NCBI GenBank assembly: GCA_977030845.1
Contig: OZ365112.1
Location: forward strand, 21,142,001 to 21,206,000
DNA length: 64,000 nt
Origin: Fimbriosthenelais zetlandica
Taxonomy: Eukaryota
Direction: 5' to 3'
This document shows positions 52,701 to 61,700 of this stretch, one piece after another. Each line of letters starts with the position of its first letter. Position 1 is the first letter of the stretch. The notes under the pieces are model-generated. The model searched no databases. It had not been told where the DNA came from and saw only the letters and a program-made list of their open reading frames with translations. The translations under genes and the position numbers were made by a program.

Positions 52701-55700
52701 AAATTTTCTGGACCATCTGTAATCTCACTCCTCACTGTTACATTTCGTGTTGGTTATTTGTTATTTCTTAGGGACCTCGTGGACCAGCTGGTGAAGCTGG
52801 AGAACCTGGGGAAGGTGGGTCTCTTGGACCTGCTGGACCCTCAGGACCTCGAGGAGAATCGGGCGAGAGAGGACCATCTGGACCTACTGGAGCAGGCGGA
52901 CCTCTTGGGCCTGCAGGACCTCAAGGACAACGTGGACCACGGGGAGAACGTGGCCCCACAGGAGTGGGTGGACCAACAGGTACTTGAGCTGTTCCAATAT
53001 CTACTTACAGAACATGGTGAAATACCAGATTGTCTAAAGTTGTCACAACTTTCCTAATATTTGTTCCTTTATTACGTTCATCAAATTATATTTATCTGGA
53101 TCTTATATCGAGTATCTTTATGGTATATTATTTCCTTGGCATGATAGGCATATCATTAATCACATCACACTAAACAAATTTAGGAGCTGATGGTCGACCT
53201 GGTCCAAGAGGAACACGTGGACCTGCTGGAGAAGGTGGTCCACCTGGAGAAACTGGCGGTCTAGGTCCAGCAGGGCCAGGTGGACCTCGTGGTGAACGAG
53301 GACCAGCAGGTCCAACTGGAGTTGGAGGACCAACTGGTGCTGGAGGTCCTAGAGGAGAATCGGGACCAGCAGGACCCCGAGGTGAATCGGGAGAAGCTGG
53401 ACCTCCGGGAGAATCAGGTCTCCCCGGTCGTAGTGGTCCAGGTGGACCCAGAGGCCCAGCAGGACCTGGCGGCCCCACTGGAGCTGTTGGAGAAGCTGGT
53501 CCAAGAGGTCCCTCTGGACCCCGTGGAGAGCCTGGTAGGTTCTGTTCAGTATAATTAAAAAAATGTTCCCGTCTAACATTGGATCGATATTTCAAGAATT
53601 TCCACTGTTCTTGAATTACAAGAATATTTATAAAATACTTTCGTATTTCAGGACCAAGTGGTCCACCAGGTGAAACTGGATCAGCTGGACCAGGAGGGCC
53701 GCGTGGTCCCGCCGGACCAAGAGGATCATCTGGGCCTACTGGTGCTTCAGGGCAACCTGGACCAGCAGGCAGACTAGGAAATGCCGGAAGACAGGGTCCA
53801 AGTGGTCCATCAGGCCCACCAGGTCCTTCTGGGGCAGCAGGCGAGACTGGATCTGGAGGTTCTCCTGGTCGTCAAGGTAAGCTTTTTTAATAGAATACAT
53901 CTAGCTATTTTGGACATTAAGGAAATTATATACTAATGGGGGTTTAAAGAGAAAATGAAAATAATTTGATATCAAGTTGATTGTTTATAATATTTTAATA
54001 ATTCAGGACCGCGTGGACCTTCTGGGGAGGCAGGAGAATCTGGACCAGCTGGCCCAGCAGGACCGACTGGCCCAAGTGGACCAAGTGGGGAACGAGGTGT
54101 TCGTGGTCCTACTGGAGTCACTGGTGTTGGAGGGCGAACTGGTGCTGCTGGCTTCCGAGGACAACCCGGAGCAAGAGGTCCCTCTGGCCCACCAGGTGAC
54201 ACAGGATCTGGGGGCCCAGTTGGCCCAGCTGGGCCAAGCGGACCATCAGGAGAAAGAGGACAAGCTGGTGAGCGAGGTTCAACAGGTACTGTTGGAAGGA
54301 CTGGAGCTGCTGGTCCCTCTGGTCCAAGAGGACCAGCTGGGGAGTCAGGAGAGCAAGGTTCTCCAGGACCTGCAGGCCGTGCTGGCCCTGATGGGAGGCC
54401 TGGACCCTCTGGCCCTCGTGGTGAAGGTGGAGAAAGAGGACCTGGTGGTCCCACAGGAGGATTAGGACCTAGAGGTTCCAGAGGTCCAGCAGGCCCACCT
54501 GGTGAGGCAGGTGAAACTGGTGTTGCAGGACCATCTGGACCCTCAGGACCTTCAGGACAACAAGGTGAGAGAGGAGAGAGAGGACCTGGTGGTCCAACTG
54601 GAGGTTTGGGTCCCGCAGGACCAAGAGGACCAGCTGGCCCAAGAGGAGAAAGAGGAGAAAATGGGGAAGCAGGATCAGTCGGTCGTGACGGTCCACCAGG
54701 ACGTTCAGGACCAAGAGGACCATCAGGTCCTACCGGATCAGGTGGCCCTACCGGTGTGGCTGGTTCTCGTGGTCCAAGAGGTCCATCTGGCCCAAGGGGG
54801 GGAAGAGGACCTGCAGGTCCGACTGGTGCTTCTGGTCCACTTGGACCTAGTGGCCCATCAGGACCAAGGGGAGAGGCAGGTGAGCCCGGAGAGGCTGGTG
54901 AACCTGGAGAACAAGGCCGAGCTGGACCTAGTGGAGAAAGAGGGGCCCGAGGGGAGGCTGGTCCTGGAGGCCCTACAGGAACTCCTGGCAGACCCGGACC
55001 ATCTGGACCAAGAGGACCACGTGGAGAAGGTGGAGAGAGAGGTACACCTGGTCCCACAGGTAAGTCTTTTTCTTAATTCACAAATTGTATCAAAGAAAGA
55101 GTAAAAGTTACTGATCAAGATCCCAGTAATAACATTGGTAAATTTGATTACTTCCCATCAGTGATACTGATATCACATGATTTTTCATGAATAAAGTTCT
55201 ATATTTATATTATTTACATGTTCTATGTAGGTTAGACACATTTTTTTCTATCTATTCAGGTGTTGCTGGTCCAATTGGATCGAGTGGACCAAGGGGACCA
55301 TCTGGACCACCAGGCCCAACAGGTGCAGCTGGTGAGTCTGGACCACGAGGCGGACCAGGATCCCAAGGCACACGTGGTCAACCAGGACCAGCTGGAGAAT
55401 CTGGAGGTGACGGTCCACCAGGCCCTGCAGGACCACGTGGAGCACGTGGTCAGGCTGGTGAAAGAGGACAACCTGGACCAACAGGTCAGATATTAATCTT
55501 ATAGCAGTATTAGCAACATAGAATTTATGAGTTTAAAAAAACGTCTGAATTTCGAGAACATGAAATATACACTCACATACTTTATTTTTTAGGGAGATAC
55601 ATGTAATAACTATCTGTTTCTTTAGGTGCTGCTGGTGGATTGGGCCCTGCTGGCCAAGCTGGACCACGTGGACCAGCCGGACCGACTGGAGAAGGTGGTG

Positions 55701-58700
55701 AACAGGGTGAGCCTGGACTTCCAGGAAGTGGTGGCCGTCCAGGCCCAGATGGCAGATCAGGACCTCGAGGTATGACTGATATATAATATAGTAGTAATAA
55801 TTTATTTCTTAATATAACGCATATATATATCCAGTACTTAGACCTGAGGGCATGTAACCTTGTTGATTGATAAGTCTGATTAGTTTGCTCTGTGGCATGT
55901 ATTGGAATAGATAACACCTGATGAATGTTGTTCAATATGAATTTTTCAGGTCCCTCAGGGCCATCTGGTGCCCCAGGTCCGACTGGAGCTGCAGGTGAAT
56001 CTGGTCCTCGTGGTCCTTCTGGTCCATCTGGACCACCAGGAGAACAAGGCGAAGGAGGACCTGCAGGATCTGTTGGAAGACCCGGTCCAAGGGGTCCATC
56101 TGGACCACCAGGGCCACAAGGAGAAGGTGGTTCAACTGGTGTTGTAGGAGAATCAGGTAGGTTTTCATTAAGACAAGTTTGCGATAATGATTGTGCAATA
56201 ATATGGGCATAATACATCCACAGTCTGGTCATAGACCTGCTCTGTGATATTCTTGTATAGTCTTGTAAGTTTATTACCTAAACTAGTGTCTTTAGTCCTG
56301 TAATTTTCTTTTGCAGGACCCCGTGGTCCAGCTGGACCTTCAGGTGAGAGAGGAGAGCGGGGCCCATCAGGTCCCACAGGTGCAGGAGGTCCACGAGGAT
56401 CATCTGGCCCATCAGGTCCACGTGGTGAGCGTGGTGGACCAGGGACTACAGGGAGTGCAGGTCCCCTTGGTCGGCCAGGTCCCTCAGGTGAAAGAGGAGA
56501 ACGGGGAGAGGCTGGAGAAACTGGTACACCTGGTAGAACCGGGGCTGCTGGTCCTAGTGGCAGACAAGGAGAACGTGGTGCCCGTGGTCCAGCTGGACCA
56601 TCAGGAGAAACAGGTGCTGCTGGAGAGGCAGGTACATCTGGCCGGCCAGGACCCAGAGGTGGACGGGGAGAGCGTGGCCCAGCTGGAGGCCCTGGAGCAA
56701 CAGGGCGTGTCGGTTAGTTGACGTTCTTGTAAATTTGCTTATAATTAGTTTAATACTGTTAAATCGGTTTTATTTAAATGTAGTATAGTATACATATAGG
56801 CAAAATTATACACATGTACATGTATTATGTCATGTCATTAAGAATGTTCATAGTTTTATGTTGAGATTACTTTGTAAGATACTCCTTTGTTCATTTCCAG
56901 GACCATCTGGTCCTAGTGGCCCTCAAGGTGAGCGTGGTGGACCAGGTCCTGCAGGACCTACTGGCAGTTCTGGCCCCAGAGGACCTCAAGGCAATGCAGG
57001 TACACGAGGATCACGAGGGCCTGCAGGACCGACTGGTGTAGCAGGAGAAATTGGACCAGGTGGCAGCCCAGGCAGACAAGGTCCAAGAGGTCCATCTGGA
57101 CAAGCAGGTGAAGGAGGTGAAGCTGGTCCTCCAGGTCCGTCCGGTGCGAGTGGACCACGTGGCCCGTCTGGTCCATCAGGACCTCGAGGAGAAAGAGGGG
57201 AAACCGGTTCTTTAGGATCACCGGGCCCATCTGGTCCTTCTGGACCGCGTGGAGAACGTGGTGAAAGAGGAGAAGGTGGTGAACCTGGAGTAGGTGGAAG
57301 GACTGGATCAGCAGGCCCTCGAGGGCCCTCAGGAGAGGGAGGTGAACGTGGTCCTCCTGGACCCACTGGATCCATTGGCGTTGCTGGACAATCTGGACAA
57401 CGTGGAACCCCAGGAACCAGAGGTCAGCGTGGTGAACGTGGACCACCTGGTCCTACTGGTTCTGTTGGGAATCTAGGACGGCCAGGACCAGGAGGTCCGC
57501 GTGGAGCAAGAGGCGAAGCTGGAGAAACTGGATCAGTAGGAGAAGGTGGCCCACAAGGAGGCAGAGGCCCACGAGGCCCATCTGGACCTCCTGGTGTATC
57601 TGGCCCTACTGGGGCAGCAGGGGAGGCAGGATCAAGAGGCCAGGCAGGCCGTGATGGTAAGTTGTTTGTTTAATATGTACATTATTACATAGATGTACAT
57701 AGATTTCCATTTTCTCAGACTTTCATTATCTTTCCATCAAACCCTCAATATGTAGGCAATTTCTTACATGTATTTATGGCTCCTCTTCTAAAAATTACCA
57801 TTCTCAGAATTGTTTTATACTTTCCATTTATTATTCCATTTCACTATTCTTCCATTTTTCTTATTCTCCATATGTATGTATCTCATTCCCTTTAATAATT
57901 TACAATCATGTATTATGATAATTTATAAAATAAAATTCATCGAAGGTTCCCGTGGCCCTGCTGGAGAAAGAGGAGAGCCTGGAGAACCTGGTTCGGCTGG
58001 ACCATCTGGCCCTTCTGGACCTCGCGGACCTTCTGGGGAAAGGGGCGAGAGGGGTCCTGGTGGACCCACAGGTTCTGTAGGACGTCCTGGGCCAACAGGA
58101 CCTTCTGGACCAAGTGGAGAAGCAGGTGGCAGAGGTGAAACTGGAGCTCCTGGCAATGCTGGTAGAGCAGGTAAATAGTCTGCACTTAATATTTTCGTTA
58201 GCGCTATTTTCTCTATTTTGATCTATAGTATTTCGTCTCTGTGTCTTATATCTTTTAGATTTCTCTACAGGTCGTTAAACTTGTAAACCAGACATTAGAA
58301 ACCATATAAATATATTGCAGGTCCTACTGGCCCCCGTGGACCAAGTGGAGAAGGTGGACCAAGAGGTCCAACTGGTGCTCCTGGTCCTGATGGGCCAGCC
58401 GGTCCCAGAGGTGGATCCCTTGGAAGAGGAGAAAGAGGAGAAAGAGGTCCTCCTGGTCCCACTGGAGGACTTGGACCAGCTGGTCCTCGCGGTCCATCTG
58501 GAGAACGTGGAGAAAGAGGTGAAGGTGGTGAACAAGGAGCACCAGGTCCACCGGGTCTTGGTGGGCCACGTGGGCCATCCGGACCTGCTGGTTCACCTGG
58601 GCCAACCGGTTCTATTGGTATTTCGGGAGCTGCGGGACCAAGAGGACAGAGGGGAAGTCAGGGTGAACGTGGACCTCCAGGTGAGAAACTTTGGATTTCT

Positions 58701-61700
58701 TTTACAACTTTTTTCATTTTGTAATTAGGTGTTTCTTCTGTTTTTGCTCATAGGAAATTTTGATTATATCAATATTTATTTTGACTATGTAAATGACCTC
58801 AAATTCATATCACAGGTGGTACTGGAACACTTGGGAGACAAGGAGAACAAGGTGCCCGCGGACCTTCAGGTCCATCTGGTGAGGGTGGAGAAGCTGGAGA
58901 AGCAGGTTCTCCAGGCCCTCCAGGACGTGGTGGATCAGCTGGACCCCGAGGGCCTTCCGGACCACCAGGCCCTACAGGAAGCATTGGATCATCCGGTGCT
59001 GCTGGGCCAGGTGGACCAAGAGGTCAAAGAGGAGAGCCAGGTGAGAGAGGGAGTCCAGGCACACCAGGTAATTCTGGATCAACTGGTGTTCTAGGTAACG
59101 CAGGTCCAAGGGGCGCCCCAGGCCCAAGGGGGCCAAGGGGACCTTCTGGATCTCCAGGGCCTACTGGGTCACTGGGCTCTGCAGGCAACCGTGGTGAACA
59201 AGGAGAACGCGGAGAAAGGGGACCAGGAGGACCCACAGGTGGTGCAGGATCAGCAGGACCAAGAGGTCCCCAAGGAGCAAGTGGAGAGCGTGGTCCACCT
59301 GGACCCACAGGATCCGCTGGACCCGATGGAAGGTCAGGACCAAGTGGACCTCGTGGACCAGCAGGACCACAGGGTGAAGCAGGCGAAGCAGGTGAAGGTG
59401 GTCCAGCTGGCAGAGCAGGATCACCTGGAGCAAGAGGGCCAAGAGGCCCAGGAGGAGAGCGAGGACCCCCAGGATCTACTGGCACTGGAGGACAGCCTGG
59501 GGAAGTTGGATCTCCTGGTGGTCAGGGTGCACGAGGTGAACGTGGACAACGTGGAGAACCAGGCACCCAAGGTAAGCTATTTTCTTCAGTAACAATGTGG
59601 CATAATGTGTAAGGATATTCACATACTCAAAAGGCAGTAGCTTATTCTTTTGCAGTAGGCTACATTTAGTATTTTACTGAGTATTTTTGCAAACGTGTAA
59701 TACACACATATTGTACATGTACATGGTGGTTTATTCTTGTAGGCTCGCCAGGACAACCTGGTCCAGCAGGACCAAGTGGTGAGAGAGGTCGGCCAGGTGC
59801 TGGTGGAGAACGTGGACCACCAGGGGGCACAGGTACACTTGGAAGTCCAGGAGCAGCTGGACCACGGGGACCTCGAGGTCCTTCAGGACCTACTGGAGTT
59901 GCGGGTCAACCAGGTGACAGTGGAGCAGCTGGGCCAAGTGGTCCATCAGGACCGGGTGGACCTAGAGGAGAGGCTGGTGAAGCTGGGGAGAGTGGTGAGC
60001 CAGGGCCAGCAGGATCACGGGGACGTGCTGGTTGGTATACCTGCTTATAACTCGAAAAAATATGCTTATTTATTCATGTCGTTTAGAAGACATTGAAAAA
60101 ATACCATGTTAAATTACATTTACAGGTTCTCCTGGACCAAGTGGACCACGTGGACAACCAGGGCCTAGTGGCGCTATTGGAAGAGCTGGTGAAGCTGTAA
60201 GTTTCCTCCGCATTGAATCCCATTTTAGTGGCAATTTTTTATTTTCATAATCTCTTGGGTCACTGGCGTAAAATCTGGAATAAATATATATAGGATCCAA
60301 CCTTATATTTCTGCATTTTTATGTAGGGAGCTCGTGGCCCAGCAGGAGAACGTGGACAGGGTGGAACGCCTGGTGAAAGAGGAGAACCAGGGCAACCTGG
60401 TGAGGCTGGCCGAGCTGGTCCATCTGGACCTCAAGGTGAACGAGGGCCAAGAGGAGAGGCTGGAGCCGGTGGTGAAGCCGGATCTCAAGGTTCTCCAGGT
60501 AAGCATATTTCCACTTTATCGTAACAAGCTTCAAGGGCCATTTATAATACCTTCACTAAAAATGAAATTACATTTTAGTATTTTAGTAGATACTTTTAAA
60601 GAACATTTTAAGACAATGTAAAGTATTCAAGATGATGCTCATCTAAAGAATTAGATTTGAAATAATTCTAACTGTTCTCAACACTTGTCGTCAAATGCAA
60701 AAATCTGGGCAGAAAAATTAATCATCATATTCATAAATTCTTTTGTGTACAGATTGGCAGAAGTCTAATTTTAAAGGGATAATATCAATGGTGGAAAAGT
60801 AAATAGAAATGAATTTTTATGAAATCGCTAAAATGCCTAAATATTTCTCTTTCCCTCAACATAATATAATATAATAATATAATATATGTATATTATTGGC
60901 TTCTTTGGCATTTAATTGATTAGACAGTAACGTGTTTGGAGGGATATTACTGAAAATATGACTTACTTCCCAGTTTTTTATTATCATGTACCTCTGAGAA
61001 TTTATATAGATCCCATGTCGTTACACACAACCTGTATGCATGGTCGTTACACGTAATGCAAGGCCTTAGAGCAACTCTCCTATACATAATGGAGCTCTTA
61101 TGGATGTGGACATCTGGCTACCCATTTATGAACTCATATTTATAATTCTTTTACCTAACCCCTTTCTTCCTTTATATAGGTATGGGTCTACCGTTTTAAA
61201 GCATAAAATTAAAGTCACATCACTGGGAAAAATGCATATGTTATCTCATTCCCTTCAATCAGAAATGGTCTGAGCTCTTATTCTATTCACTAGTGCTATC
61301 CGCTAGGGTACAAGTAACGACGCATTACGAGTAATGAAATGCTGTCTATTTCTTCCATGGTACACAAATAGGACTTGGAAGAAGGGGGACTAAGCGGATC
61401 TTTATATGGTTGACCTAGCAATTATTTTTCAATATTAAATATCAGCTCGGCATACATCATACAAGTTTGTTAAACATTATAAATATCAGCTCTCTATTAT
61501 TATTATTTGATATCGCTATTATTTAATATCGCTACACATGACCAGTGTAGAATAATGCATTACGTGTAACTACGGTAAATTACCCAAAAATATTTAATGG
61601 AATAGCTCCCCATGTCCAAAAGCAGGCTTTGATCTTCTTTGCATTTTAAGATATTTCAAGGTCCTGCTATTCGAATAAAATGTGTATTAAATAGTTTCAT

